Shown one piece after another: positions 1-9,514 of a stretch of DNA of 25,635 nucleotides. Below the pieces are notes generated by a model. The model was not told the origin of the DNA and ran no database searches. It was given only the letters and a program-made list of their open reading frames with translations. How positions within the stretch are numbered: position 1 is the first letter of the stretch; each line of letters begins with the position of its first letter. Location: positions 1 to 25,635 of the IMG/VR virus record IMGVR_UViG_3300022178_002055, one strand, 5' to 3'. The stretch is from a virus. Taxonomy: Duplodnaviria > Caudoviricetes. Position numbers and translations under genes: made by a program.

Positions 1-1
1 G

Positions 2-466
2 GGTATAGGTAGAACGCTATCTGGTAGCGCTAGCAACCTAACTGAGGGCTCTGGTGGGGGTCTAGGGTTATCTGGAGGAGATACCACTGGTTCACTGCAT
101 GACGGACTTACCCATGCTTCTGGGGGAGGTTCTGGAGGGGGTGGCGGAGCTGCTTGGGATGTAGGGTCTGGTAGCTATGGGGCCGCTGCGGGGGCTGGTG
201 GCGGTAGGGTTCTTACTGGTCTTGGGGGTGCAGGGGGACTAAACACATTTGGATGTGGTGGGTTTGGTTCTCGTGGATGTGGTGGAGCTGGGGGAACAAC
301 GTCTACTGGGTCTAACTACAATGGTGGTGCTGGTTCTGGGGGAGGAGGTGGTTGGGGTTCATCTGGAGGAAACTCCTCAGCGGCGACAGGTGGAGCTGGC
401 GGTGCCGCTATATCCGGGACTGCGGTAACGCTTACGAACACGGGCACAATCTATGGGAGCTTTTAA
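2..466 (+). CDS. 3' part of a glycine-rich receptor-binding/tail-fibre adhesin (T-even gp38-like); 5' end lies outside the window
   Basis: Not in the ORF track. Frame from nt 2 is open to TAA at 464-466 and reads ...GGGSGGGGGAAW...GAGGGRVL...GSGGGGGWGSSGG...GGAGGAAISGTAVTLTNTGTIYGSF*. Poly-Gly motifs and the GxIYGS terminus resemble gp38-type adhesins. Confidence 0.7.
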   Translation, partial: GIGRTLSGSASNLTEGSGGGLGLSGGDTTGSLHDGLTHASGGGSGGGGGAAWDVGSGSYGAAAGAGGGRVLTGLGGAGGLNTFGCGGFGSRGCGGAGGTTSTGSNYNGGAGSGGGGGWGSSGGNSSAATGGAGGAAISGTAVTLTNTGTIYGSF

Positions 467-816
467 TGAGACCTCTATACATCCTCTACAAGTTCTTATC
501 TGATCTTGGGTCGTCATTCTCTAGGTTATTTAATGCCTCTGTCCTAGGTGGGTCAACTGATATGACTACCTCAGCTAGGACCCACTATGAGAGTTACACT
601 AAACCCTCTTGGGCTAAAGCTAGATTGATTATTAATTGGTTTGCCTTCCTACAAGAAGATCACTGTAAGAGTTCATGGGAAGCTGAAGATAAGAGGTCAA
701 CTAAGGTTAAAGAAATATCTAGTTGGCTTAAGGGTTTCCCAGATAAGAGACCAGAAATAAAAGACATGTATTCCGACAATACCATTAAGTATAACAACAA
801 GAAGAGAGATAGCTAA
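466..816 (+). CDS. Conserved phage hypothetical protein, tail-fibre adjacent (116 aa)
   Basis: Real start is most likely ATG 466 (TAATG overlap with the upstream stop), not 352. The N..LGG...T.SAR...W...IN...F.Q.DHC..S pattern is recognisable from small phage proteins. Confidence 0.65.
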   Translation: MRPLYILYKFLSDLGSSFSRLFNASVLGGSTDMTTSARTHYESYTKPSWAKARLIINWFAFLQEDHCKSSWEAEDKRSTKVKEISSWLKGFPDKRPEIKDMYSDNTIKYNNKKRDS

Positions 817-2286
817 GTGCAGTTCAAGCTTCCTACACAGTTGCAGCAGAGAGCTCTATCTCAGGTAGGCTATGATGGTCCCTCGGATCAAGATAGTATT
901 GAGAAGTTCATTGCTGGCTCACCCAGTGCTGCTGCCCACTTAGGTAAGGTAGGAGAGGCTGCACGTAAAAGATATGAGATGCTAACTCAATCTACTGTTG
1001 ATAAGGGTTTCGCTGAGGGTGGTACGGTTACTACCCCACAGTCTGATCTAGACCTAGCTCAACAACAATTAGCTGATGCTCAGAAAGCTGCTACAACCTC
1101 CCCTGAGGACCAGACTGCACTTGAGGGCCTCACAACGGCTCAACAAGGCTTACAGACTGCACAGGATGCCTTTACCCTTACTGGGGTACCTTCTGGTGCA
1201 GAAGCTGTAGGGAAGGCTATTTCGACTCCTCAGGACCTAGTTACTCAAGCTACTGTAGCTCCAATTACCCAGACACCAGATCAGTTTGTAGCTGAGGGTG
1301 CAGGGGAAGCACAAGCTGTTGCACCAGTACAGGCTGTGACCACTGGACCAGCTGAGCAAGCTGTAGTACCAACGACTACAGAGACTGCAACAGTTGAGGC
1401 AGAGAAAGCTACACCAGCTATCACTACAGCCTTAGAGGATGTTACTGCAGCTACAGGTGAACCCTCTAAGAAGGCTACAGTGCAAGGGCAACTTGAAGGC
1501 CTCATGGAGCAGTTTGAGGGTGGTGCTACACCTCCTTGGGCCTCAGGGGCTATGAGACAGGCTATGAGTGTCATGCAAGCTCGTGGGCTAGGTGCATCCT
1601 CTGTAGCTGGTCAAGCTATCACACAGGCCGCTATGGAGTCAGCTATCGCTATTGCTGATAGAGATGCAGCTACTGTCGCCCAGTTCGAAATGCAGAACTT
1701 GAATAATGAGCAACAAACTCTAATCTTCAAGACTCAGCAACGTATCTCTGGAATCCTCTCTGACCAATCTCAAGTTAATGCTGCAGCCCAGTTCAATGCT
1801 GCCTCAGAAAACCAGACCAGTCAGTTCTTTGCTGGACTTCAGGAGAGTGTATCCAAGTTCAATGCTGACCAAGTAAATGCTATTAGACAGTTCAACTCTG
1901 GTCAAACTAATGCAATGGCACAGTTCAACTCTCAAGTAGAGAATCAGAGGGCCCAGTTCAATGCTAATAATTCTTTAGTCATCGCTCAAGCTAATGCTAA
2001 GTGGCGTCAGGATATCTCTACCCTAGACACTGCAGCACAGAATGAGGCCACCATGACTACAGCTAAGGCTGCTACTGGACTAACTCAGTTAGCTATGGAT
2101 GAAATCTGGCAGAAGGAAAGAGACCTCCTGGCCTTTGCCTTTAGTTCAGGTGAGAGTGCAGCTGATAGAGAAGTTGATCTATTCCTAGCTAATAAGAAAT
2201 ACTCTGATCTGGAAGCTCAAAGGTCAGATAATGAGAGTACCGCTAAGTGGGCCCTAGCAGCTAAAATTCTAATGGACATCTGGTAG
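817..2286 (+). CDS. Putative internal virion/ejection protein, Ala/Gln-rich, with 11-residue QFN repeats
   Basis: 489-aa ORF (GTG start uncertain) in the structural arm. Predicted helical, with QFN/KFN every 11 aa at 1789-1995. Confidence 0.65.
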   Translation: MQFKLPTQLQQRALSQVGYDGPSDQDSIEKFIAGSPSAAAHLGKVGEAARKRYEMLTQSTVDKGFAEGGTVTTPQSDLDLAQQQLADAQKAATTSPEDQTALEGLTTAQQGLQTAQDAFTLTGVPSGAEAVGKAISTPQDLVTQATVAPITQTPDQFVAEGAGEAQAVAPVQAVTTGPAEQAVVPTTTETATVEAEKATPAITTALEDVTAATGEPSKKATVQGQLEGLMEQFEGGATPPWASGAMRQAMSVMQARGLGASSVAGQAITQAAMESAIAIADRDAATVAQFEMQNLNNEQQTLIFKTQQRISGILSDQSQVNAAAQFNAASENQTSQFFAGLQESVSKFNADQVNAIRQFNSGQTNAMAQFNSQVENQRAQFNANNSLVIAQANAKWRQDISTLDTAAQNEATMTTAKAATGLTQLAMDEIWQKERDLLAFAFSSGESAADREVDLFLANKKYSDLEAQRSDNESTAKWALAAKILMDIW

Positions 2287-2299
2287 GAGCTAAAGTATT

Positions 2300-3154
2300 A
2301 TGTTTAATTATAAAGATTCAGTAAGAGAAGCTCGTCAACTATCAGATATGATTATTGCTGGAGCTAAGGCCCCTTCAAGTGCTTCAGTTATTAAAGGTAC
2401 AGATAATAGTAAAGGGTTGATGAGACGACAGAACATCACTGAGAACATTGGTACAGAGGAAGCATATGATGTAGCCTCTACTGACATCTCTGGCCTCTTT
2501 GATTATACTTCAGCTTTCTCAAAGAAAGAAGAAGAGGATATCCCAAAGCAAGAAGATGCAGTTAACCGTGAAATGAATACCTCTAATGCCCTCTCTAAAT
2601 CAGGTGGTCGTTCTAAGAGCCTAAAAGGTGGTGGTATCAGCTTTGGTGGTTATGAGGGCCTTATGGGTTTGATTGACCAAACTGAAGGTGGTGGAAAGTA
2701 TGACACCCTATTTGGCTTCTCTCAGAAAGAGGGGCGAGCTTTTGCTGGTGTGGATGTCAGCAACATGACTTTAGGTCAACTTAAGGCTTTCTCTAAACCT
2801 TCTGGTGCTTATGGTCAGTACGTTAAGGGTGAGTTAGCTAAGTCTGATGGAGAAGAAGCTAGAGTTGCTACTCCTATGGGTCGTTATCAGTTTGTTGGTA
2901 AGACCATGAGGGAAGTGGCTGATGCTATGGGTCTACCTGATGACACTGTATTCTCTCCAGAAGTACAAGATAGGATGTTTGCTTTTAAGGCTAAACAACG
3001 TCTGAGTAATGCTGACTCTATAGAGGGTAAGCGTAAACAGATGAGAGCTGAGTGGGATGGCTTTAAGCACGTAAGTGATGCGCAGTTAGATCAAGCTATC
3101 AGAGACTTTGAAGCTGGAACTTCTGTTGTACCAGTCCCTAGACCAACCTCTTAA
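2300..3154 (+). CDS. Virion-associated peptidoglycan hydrolase (lambda-R/GH104-like lytic transglycosylase domain at the C-terminus)
   Basis: Motifs LIDQTEG (candidate catalytic Glu), Y.TLFG, MTL.Q, TPMGRYQF, FSPEVQD and EW.GF. AGGAG RBS upstream. Lies among internal virion protein genes. Confidence 0.75.
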   Translation: MFNYKDSVREARQLSDMIIAGAKAPSSASVIKGTDNSKGLMRRQNITENIGTEEAYDVASTDISGLFDYTSAFSKKEEEDIPKQEDAVNREMNTSNALSKSGGRSKSLKGGGISFGGYEGLMGLIDQTEGGGKYDTLFGFSQKEGRAFAGVDVSNMTLGQLKAFSKPSGAYGQYVKGELAKSDGEEARVATPMGRYQFVGKTMREVADAMGLPDDTVFSPEVQDRMFAFKAKQRLSNADSIEGKRKQMRAEWDGFKHVSDAQLDQAIRDFEAGTSVVPVPRPTS

Positions 3155-3171
3155 GGATATAAATAATAAAA

Positions 3172-3756
3172 ATGAAATTCAATGCACCTATCCCCGGAGA
3201 GTCTCTCACTAAGGCCCCAAAGAACTACCCTTGGGAGCGTCCACCTGAGGTTGCTGACCCAGAGGAAGCCCTACAGCTCCATATCTCTAAGATCAATACT
3301 CCTGAGCGTTTGTCGTCCATCTTAGATTTGATTGAGTTAGATACAGATATCATGACTATCACTACAGGGTTACTCCGTAGTGCAGTCTCTAAGGGTATCC
3401 ACTCTCTCGATGTGAGTATGGTTATTGCCCCAGTGATCCATGAGTTCATTAGAAGTACCGCTGAGATGGCTGGTATTGATTATGATGATGGCTTTGAGGA
3501 CTTAGGTAAGAAAGAGAAACTCCAGAAACAAGTTATGGCTGCTAAAGCATCTAAACAACTTCGTAATATGAAGCTCTCCCCAACTAAGGAAGATGTAGCT
3601 CAAGCTGGTGAAGTAGAAGATACTGGTGAGGCTATGGTAGAAGAAGGTGATATCCCAGTGGATGAAGAGCCTGTTGATGTAGCTGAACCTCTACCTGAAA
3701 GAAAAGGTCTTATGGCTAGACCTACATCACCTAAAGTAGAAGCGGAGATTATGTAA
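3172..3756 (+). CDS. Hypothetical virion-module protein with acidic C-terminus
   Basis: 194-aa ORF with N-terminal PIPGESLT..P..YPWE.PP; tightly packed within the operon. Confidence 0.7.
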   Translation: MKFNAPIPGESLTKAPKNYPWERPPEVADPEEALQLHISKINTPERLSSILDLIELDTDIMTITTGLLRSAVSKGIHSLDVSMVIAPVIHEFIRSTAEMAGIDYDDGFEDLGKKEKLQKQVMAAKASKQLRNMKLSPTKEDVAQAGEVEDTGEAMVEEGDIPVDEEPVDVAEPLPERKGLMARPTSPKVEAEIM

Positions 3757-3757
3757 T

Positions 3758-4786
3758 ATGGGTATGTGGCAAGGACTACTTCAAGGCTACACTCAAGCTT
3801 CTGAAAGACAAGAACGTGAGGGTGCAAGAACTCAAGCTGAGAAGACTCGTAAAGAGGAGAAGGAAGAAGCTCGTCAGGCATTCCTTAGTCAGCAGATTAG
3901 TAAGCGTAAAGAAAACCTCTTCAACACCATTATGCCAGCTAGGGCTGAGGCTGAGGCTTCTTATGGTCAGATGACCTCTCAGGCTGAGTATCTAGTCAAT
4001 AGAGGCTTAGAGAAAGAGACAGTTGTAGCCTTAGCTAATGACCCTGCTGGTCTGGCTAGTGCTTATGAGTTTGCTCGTACTAAAGGCGCTGATCTAGACT
4101 CTGAAACTTTTAATGGCATCTATAGGTCGGCAGCTGGTAGTGTACGTGAGGGTGAAACAGTTGATGATGCTCTAAGAAGGGCTAGTGGCCTACACAACAT
4201 TGCTACTGGTATCGGTGGATTATCTATTGATGAGCTCGCTGCTGATGAGGATAAGTACTGGGGTGCACTTACAGCTGCACAAGCTCCTGTAAGTGCTACT
4301 GGTGGGACAGTAGAGTTCAGGGACCCAACCAAGGAGAAGCTTTCCTCCTCTGAGTTGGCCTTAGCTAAAGAACAAGAGGTCTTCTTCGACAGAGCAGTTA
4401 TGACTGCAGTAGATGCTGACCTAGCTAGACTTGAAAAAGAAAAGAAAGATGGCTCAAATGATGAGGGTCTGACTAAAAAGATTAGTAATCTGCTGACTCA
4501 GGTTACTGACTATGACAAGAGTCCTGCAGTTAAACAGGAGCTTAGGTCTATTTATGGTGATGTGGCTAAGACCTACCTAAAGAATGCCCCAGATATTGAT
4601 GCTCAGTACTTGGCTGGTATTGATAACAACCCATATATCTCTAATATTGAAGGTGAGTATGTTCCGGGTACCACCTCTGATACCCCTGCTCCGGCAACTC
4701 AAATCCAGTCTAAAGAAGAGTACGATGCACTACCTGCAGGTACAACTTACATTGACCCTAATGGGGTTACAAGGATAAAGCAATAA
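3758..4786 (+). CDS. Putative internal virion protein
   Basis: 342 aa. N-terminal Gly/hydrophobic segment then a charged coiled coil; short C-terminal module SKEEYDALPAGTTYIDPNG. GGAG RBS. Sits before the giant ORF. Confidence 0.6.
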   Translation: MGMWQGLLQGYTQASERQEREGARTQAEKTRKEEKEEARQAFLSQQISKRKENLFNTIMPARAEAEASYGQMTSQAEYLVNRGLEKETVVALANDPAGLASAYEFARTKGADLDSETFNGIYRSAAGSVREGETVDDALRRASGLHNIATGIGGLSIDELAADEDKYWGALTAAQAPVSATGGTVEFRDPTKEKLSSSELALAKEQEVFFDRAVMTAVDADLARLEKEKKDGSNDEGLTKKISNLLTQVTDYDKSPAVKQELRSIYGDVAKTYLKNAPDIDAQYLAGIDNNPYISNIEGEYVPGTTSDTPAPATQIQSKEEYDALPAGTTYIDPNGVTRIKQ

Positions 4787-4787
4787 C

Positions 4788-7700
4788 ATGGCTGTACTTA
4801 ATGAGACGGATGAGACTCAGAATTGGTGGGAGAAAGATACCCCAGTGGAATCTGAGCCTATTGATGTACAAACTGATAGCGCTATGGAGGGTGTGGTTGA
4901 GTCTGATACTCAATGGTGGAGTAAGGACCAAGAGGTTGCACCCCCTACAGTTGCTACACCCACAGCTGAGGCTCCAGAGGGGGCCTTCTGGGAGGCTGAT
5001 GCACCTTTAGGCGATACCCCTACCCAAACCACAGGGCTCTCCACTCAGGGAGCAGCATATGGGCCCTCAGCCCTACTTGAAGGTGAGAAGTACGCTGTAG
5101 TAGATAAGTTCCTAAGAGACAGACTAGGTGATACTGAACTAAGGAACTACTCCAGACAGGATAAGGTTGATAAGTACCTTAACATGATTCGGTCATTCGA
5201 GTCAGGTAATGTACCTAGAACAGTGATGGAAATAAATCATATTCTCTCAACTACTGAAGAGGGTAGAGCTTCCTATGGGGAGGGTATGAAACTCTTCAAA
5301 GGGCTGTCAGGTATAACTAGTGAAGAGTACACTTGGGGTGAAAGCCTTGATGCGGTTGGTGACTATGTATGGAGTGCTGTGGCTGACCCCACTAACTTAG
5401 CTGGTCCACTGGTAGCTAGATTCTTTGTCGGTGCTGGAGCTAAGGGTGCAGCTAAAGGGGTCACTCTATTAGCTGAGAAGGCCGTAGTTAAGTCTCTTGC
5501 TTCAGGTGCATCTCAAGCTACAGCCAGACGCTTAGGCAATAAGGTCTGGAGTAAAGGTATCCAAGAGATTGGTACTCGATCCACTTTCAAAGAAGTAGTT
5601 AAACATGCAGCTGTCTCTGGTGCAGTTGACTCTGCTGTAGCTGTTGGTGCTGATGTAGCCTACCAGAGAGGTATGATCCTTACTGATGTACAGGATGACT
5701 ACTCTCAGATTCAGTCTGGTCTAGCTGCTATCGGTGGTCTAGTGGGTGCTGGTGTATCTGTAGGTGTGAGTGCACTTAAGGGCACCTCTAAGCTACCACT
5801 AGCTGGTGCAGTCATCAAAGATATGTCCGTAACTAAAGAGGCTGACCTTAAGGGTGTCCTTAAGTCCCTCACTGCTGAACTAGATAAAGTTCCAGAAGAG
5901 AGGATGTTGAAGTACATTGAACCCTTCAAGGATAAGGTAGCTCGTGGTGATGAGCTTGAACTCCTAGATACTGATTTCTTTAGAGGTTTAATCACAGGTA
6001 ATGTCGAAGATGGGTATAAGGGGTTAGCTCACAGCTTGAATGATGCTGGCTTCTCTTGGGTAGGTCCTAGAACTAAGGACGATAACTTCACCAACTGGAT
6101 GGCTGATGCCATGAAGAATGCCCCTAAGGATGAGGTTGATGCTTTCATCTCTAGTTTCCAGAAGCGTACAGGTATTAAGTTAACTGGCATTGAGGGTGAG
6201 CCCATTGCTCGTATAGCTGATCTAATGTCTAAGAAGGTTAGCCAAGGTGGTCAAATACTTAAGGCTACCTCAGAGGCAGCTAGAGTGCTAGGTGTTAAGA
6301 GTGGTGACTCAATCACTGCTGACCAGTATGCTGATTATGTCTTCGGTAACTTAGGTGAGTTAGCTACTGATACTATTGGGGATAGGATTGCGGGTGTAGG
6401 CTCTAAGCTAGAGGGTAAGATAGGTGAAATTTCTGCTGGTCAGAAGTACACTCAAGACTTATATATTAGACTACTAACTTCACACCCCGGCACTAGTATC
6501 CTTAACATCAAAGGTTGGGGTTTTAAATCTGCTGGTCAATCAGCTGCTGACCTACTGCACGGTACTATTGTCTATGGTGGAGCTACCACTATTGCAGCTA
6601 TCTCAGGCAGAAAAGGTGCAATGAATGAGGGTTGGTCTCAGCTATTAAATACCTATAAAGCTAATGGTTCCAAGATGAGGAACCTAGTTGACCCTGAGAT
6701 GACTTACACAGCTTATAAGTCGCTAGTAGATAGAGACCCTAAGGCGTTCGATAAGCTCCTCTCTACGTTACCTATGGGTGTTGAGAAGAACCTTCAAGAG
6801 ATGTATGGTGTTACACCCAACGTAGCTGGATGGATGCGTAAGACTGATAAGGCGGCTGACTATATTGCTGCTTTGAGCTTAGTTAAGAGTCAGGATGCTT
6901 TCACTAAGTCTCAAGAGCTAATGTATAACCTAGACCTCAACCTTAGAAGAACTTTTAACCAAGGTTACATTGAGTTTATCCAGAGAGATGATGTGTCTGT
7001 CTTAATGAAGTCTAAGCAGTACCTGAAAGCCCAGTCTACAGCTATTGATGCAACAATGGAGAACATCCTAGCTAAGAGCTATAAGAGTGTAGATAATGCT
7101 GGTATTGCCCACATAGCCTCTCTGATTGAAGATTTTAGAAGGTTGCCAGTTATTGGTATCAACATCCCTTTCGGTCGGTTCTTCAACAATACTATTGCTA
7201 CAATGTCTGAGTACTCTGGTGCTACAGCCTTGATGAAACCTTTTGTTAAAGGTGTTGGCGACAACAAATCTATTGGGCAGCTGATGTCTAAGGCTGCAGT
7301 AGGTTGGGGCTTTATGGCCACTCTCGTTGATACTGAAGCTGAATACATCAAGCTTGGTTTAGCTTGGGATGAGAGTATTGATGAGAAGACTGGAGAGGTT
7401 GTCAGTGAGAAACTAGACTTCCCCTACTCTGCCGTTAAGGGTATGGCTAGACGCTTTGCCTATAGCAACATGGTGCCCGGACTAAGGGAGAAGGCTGTTG
7501 GTCTAGATGTACCTGAGGAACTTATGGCTGATTTCTATGCTACTCAGCTTGGTTCTCTTACTCGTCAGTTGAATGACACAGAAGATACAATGTTCAAGAT
7601 TGGTAAGTCATTGTTCTTAGGCGAGACAACAGAAGCCTTTAGTGGTTTGACTGAAATGATGCAAAGTACTGGTGCCACAGCTGCTTCAGGTTTCTCTCGT

Positions 7701-8384
7701 TTCCTTGAGCCAGTTAACGTAGCTGTATCTCTATCGGCTGACCCAGAAGACTATGTGATTAAAGATAACAAACAGGGACGAGAGTACATCCTTAAGTCTC
7801 TCCGTTATGTCGATCAGTTCTATGGGGCTGTCGGTTTAGGTGAAGGTTTAGAGAAGAAGTATTCTGCAACTGAGGAGTATAAATCTCGTCAACCAGCTAA
7901 GGTCTTTGGTGTTAGAGACCTACCCCCTACTACAGCTACAGCCCAAGCTTTTAATATGGTTGGTAGACCACTCTGGAAGTCTGAGTTCTATGGTTCTGAA
8001 GCTGCATCTACTAATGTTGTCAATAAGATTGCTAATCCTATTCTTGAACAAGAGATGATGCTTCTAGTTAGGGATGAGAAGTTTAGAAGTGCCCCAACTG
8101 ACGTTAAGGAGCGTAGGTTCAAAGCATCTCTCAGCTTAGCTAAAGAGAAGACCTTAGCTTACTTGGAGAACTCTATTTCCCCACGTAACAAAGAGCTAAA
8201 GATTATCTTTGACCTAACTAAGACAGGTACTGGTGGTACAGTAGAGTCTTTAGAGGGTGCCATGAAGGAGCTAGATATGCCACCTGAGCTGACTCTAGAA
8301 GAACTAGAGTACCCTCAGCTAATCATGTTGCAAGAGTTCCTCAAGAATCGTGGTCAGATTAGAGAAGATATATCCAGAAGATGA
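4788..8384 (+). CDS. Large internal virion (ejection, T7 gp16-analogous) protein
   Basis: 1198 aa, last gene of the structural arm. Has D(P)TNL followed by Gly/Ala-rich hydrophobic segments typical of podoviral ejection proteins. AAGGA RBS. Confidence 0.65.
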   Translation: MAVLNETDETQNWWEKDTPVESEPIDVQTDSAMEGVVESDTQWWSKDQEVAPPTVATPTAEAPEGAFWEADAPLGDTPTQTTGLSTQGAAYGPSALLEGEKYAVVDKFLRDRLGDTELRNYSRQDKVDKYLNMIRSFESGNVPRTVMEINHILSTTEEGRASYGEGMKLFKGLSGITSEEYTWGESLDAVGDYVWSAVADPTNLAGPLVARFFVGAGAKGAAKGVTLLAEKAVVKSLASGASQATARRLGNKVWSKGIQEIGTRSTFKEVVKHAAVSGAVDSAVAVGADVAYQRGMILTDVQDDYSQIQSGLAAIGGLVGAGVSVGVSALKGTSKLPLAGAVIKDMSVTKEADLKGVLKSLTAELDKVPEERMLKYIEPFKDKVARGDELELLDTDFFRGLITGNVEDGYKGLAHSLNDAGFSWVGPRTKDDNFTNWMADAMKNAPKDEVDAFISSFQKRTGIKLTGIEGEPIARIADLMSKKVSQGGQILKATSEAARVLGVKSGDSITADQYADYVFGNLGELATDTIGDRIAGVGSKLEGKIGEISAGQKYTQDLYIRLLTSHPGTSILNIKGWGFKSAGQSAADLLHGTIVYGGATTIAAISGRKGAMNEGWSQLLNTYKANGSKMRNLVDPEMTYTAYKSLVDRDPKAFDKLLSTLPMGVEKNLQEMYGVTPNVAGWMRKTDKAADYIAALSLVKSQDAFTKSQELMYNLDLNLRRTFNQGYIEFIQRDDVSVLMKSKQYLKAQSTAIDATMENILAKSYKSVDNAGIAHIASLIEDFRRLPVIGINIPFGRFFNNTIATMSEYSGATALMKPFVKGVGDNKSIGQLMSKAAVGWGFMATLVDTEAEYIKLGLAWDESIDEKTGEVVSEKLDFPYSAVKGMARRFAYSNMVPGLREKAVGLDVPEELMADFYATQLGSLTRQLNDTEDTMFKIGKSLFLGETTEAFSGLTEMMQSTGATAASGFSRFLEPVNVAVSLSADPEDYVIKDNKQGREYILKSLRYVDQFYGAVGLGEGLEKKYSATEEYKSRQPAKVFGVRDLPPTTATAQAFNMVGRPLWKSEFYGSEAASTNVVNKIANPILEQEMMLLVRDEKFRSAPTDVKERRFKASLSLAKEKTLAYLENSISPRNKELKIIFDLTKTGTGGTVESLEGAMKELDMPPELTLEELEYPQLIMLQEFLKNRGQIREDISRR

Positions 8385-8390
8385 ATAAAT

Positions 8391-8426
8391 AAAAAAGAAA
8401 AGGGGAGCCCCTAATGGGACCCCCTT
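8391..8426 (-). terminator. Intrinsic terminator at the convergence of the two genome arms
   Basis: Minus-strand RNA GGGGGUCCC-AUUA-GGGGCUCCC (9 bp including G-U) followed by CUUUUCUUUUUU. May also act weakly on + transcripts. Confidence 0.8.
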
Positions 8427-8483
8427 ATGTACTACCTACTGATACTAGTGTAGTAGTTGATGTTATGATTTATATTATTGTTA

Positions 8484-8795
8484 TTAGTCTTTTAACATCT
8501 CTTCGGCCCATTGATAGGCTTCTCTTTTTATGTCGTTAACCCTAGCCTGACCTTGGCTAGTAATCATTAGGGCACTCATAGCTTGACCGACTAGATAAAG
8601 CTTAGCTGTAAGTTCTTTAGGGTACAGCTCATCCTCTGAAGGCATCTTAATATTGGTGCTCTCAATAAACTGCTTGGCTTCTTCCTCTAGGGGGAGGAGC
8701 TTTTTTCTGTTCTGAGTAGAGCCTCTGGGCCTTCCCTTTCTTTTACGTGGGTCAGGAGACCTAATGAGACCCTCAGGTGGGGGTAGTACAGTCAT
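8484..8795 (-). CDS. Hypothetical protein with basic RKRKGRPRG (AT-hook-like) motif
   Basis: ORF track 8484-8822. ATG 8795 follows a GGGGAG RBS and avoids overlap with the upstream gene. Confidence 0.6.
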   Translation of the reverse strand: MTVLPPPEGLIRSPDPRKRKGRPRGSTQNRKKLLPLEEEAKQFIESTNIKMPSEDELYPKELTAKLYLVGQAMSALMITSQGQARVNDIKREAYQWAEEMLKD

Positions 8796-8796
8796 G

Positions 8797-9006
8797 TTAG
8801 GAATAGTCTCCCCAGTTAACACAATGATAAAGTACTAGGGCTGTGTTGGGGTCTTCCTTAGCATCAATGATTTCAGTAATAATACTATTAAAGATTCCCT
8901 GACCTACTGTCTGACACTGCTCTTCTTGTTGGAAGACTTGGACAGGGGCCTTGGTGTAGCAGACCCCCTCTTGTAGATTACATAAGACAAATACTAGACT
9001 AAACAT
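8797..9006 (-). CDS. Small protein with hydrophobic N-terminus and four Cys
   Basis: MFSLVFVLC..., 69 aa, GGAG RBS. Confidence 0.6.
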   Translation of the reverse strand: MFSLVFVLCNLQEGVCYTKAPVQVFQQEEQCQTVGQGIFNSIITEIIDAKEDPNTALVLYHCVNWGDYS

Positions 9007-9020
9007 TTCATCTCCATTAT

Positions 9021-9488
9021 CTATTTAAATTGTGGGTCATCAAGTAGTTTCTGCAGGTACTCCCTCATGGCCTCTTTACCAATTAGAGCCATTAGTACAC
9101 GACAAAAAGAGTAGATACCCTTCTTGGCATCATAGGTCTTGGAAGTACCTTCTTTGTCACCCCACCTAGTGAGAACCTTACTCACATTAGCTAAGTGCCA
9201 TGAGTGCTCTAGCCACTGATTCTTAGACTTATCTTCCACGTAGTCATTGTGAGTATTCCAATGTGGTGGATAATCATAATAGCTCGCTGGACCCCCATCT
9301 GCTTGTACTGTTGTGTGTTTTGACTCTGTTATAAGTATATGAGCATAATTGGCCGGGTTAAGTACCTGCAGATAGATATTCTCTAGGTCTAGCTCAGTTA
9401 CATAAAAAGGCTTTAAGAATGGTTCTTTAGGGTAAGCAGTATCTCCTACATTAAACCCAAACTCCTTTAGTGTACCGTACTCTTTCAT
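9021..9488 (-). CDS. Hypothetical protein (C-terminal DGG.A.YYD.P domain, possibly DUF3310-like)
   Basis: 155-aa ORF with a strong GAGGAG RBS. Domain call is from motif memory only. Confidence 0.6.
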   Translation of the reverse strand: MKEYGTLKEFGFNVGDTAYPKEPFLKPFYVTELDLENIYLQVLNPANYAHILITESKHTTVQADGGPASYYDYPPHWNTHNDYVEDKSKNQWLEHSWHLANVSKVLTRWGDKEGTSKTYDAKKGIYSFCRVLMALIGKEAMREYLQKLLDDPQFK

Positions 9489-9514
9489 TACTCTCTCTCC
9501 TCTATATATAATCT

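Noticed and set aside
352-465. ORF-track 5' extension of the 352-816 ORF
   Set aside because: It overlaps the Gly-rich gene in another frame; ATG 466 coupled to that gene's stop is the better start.
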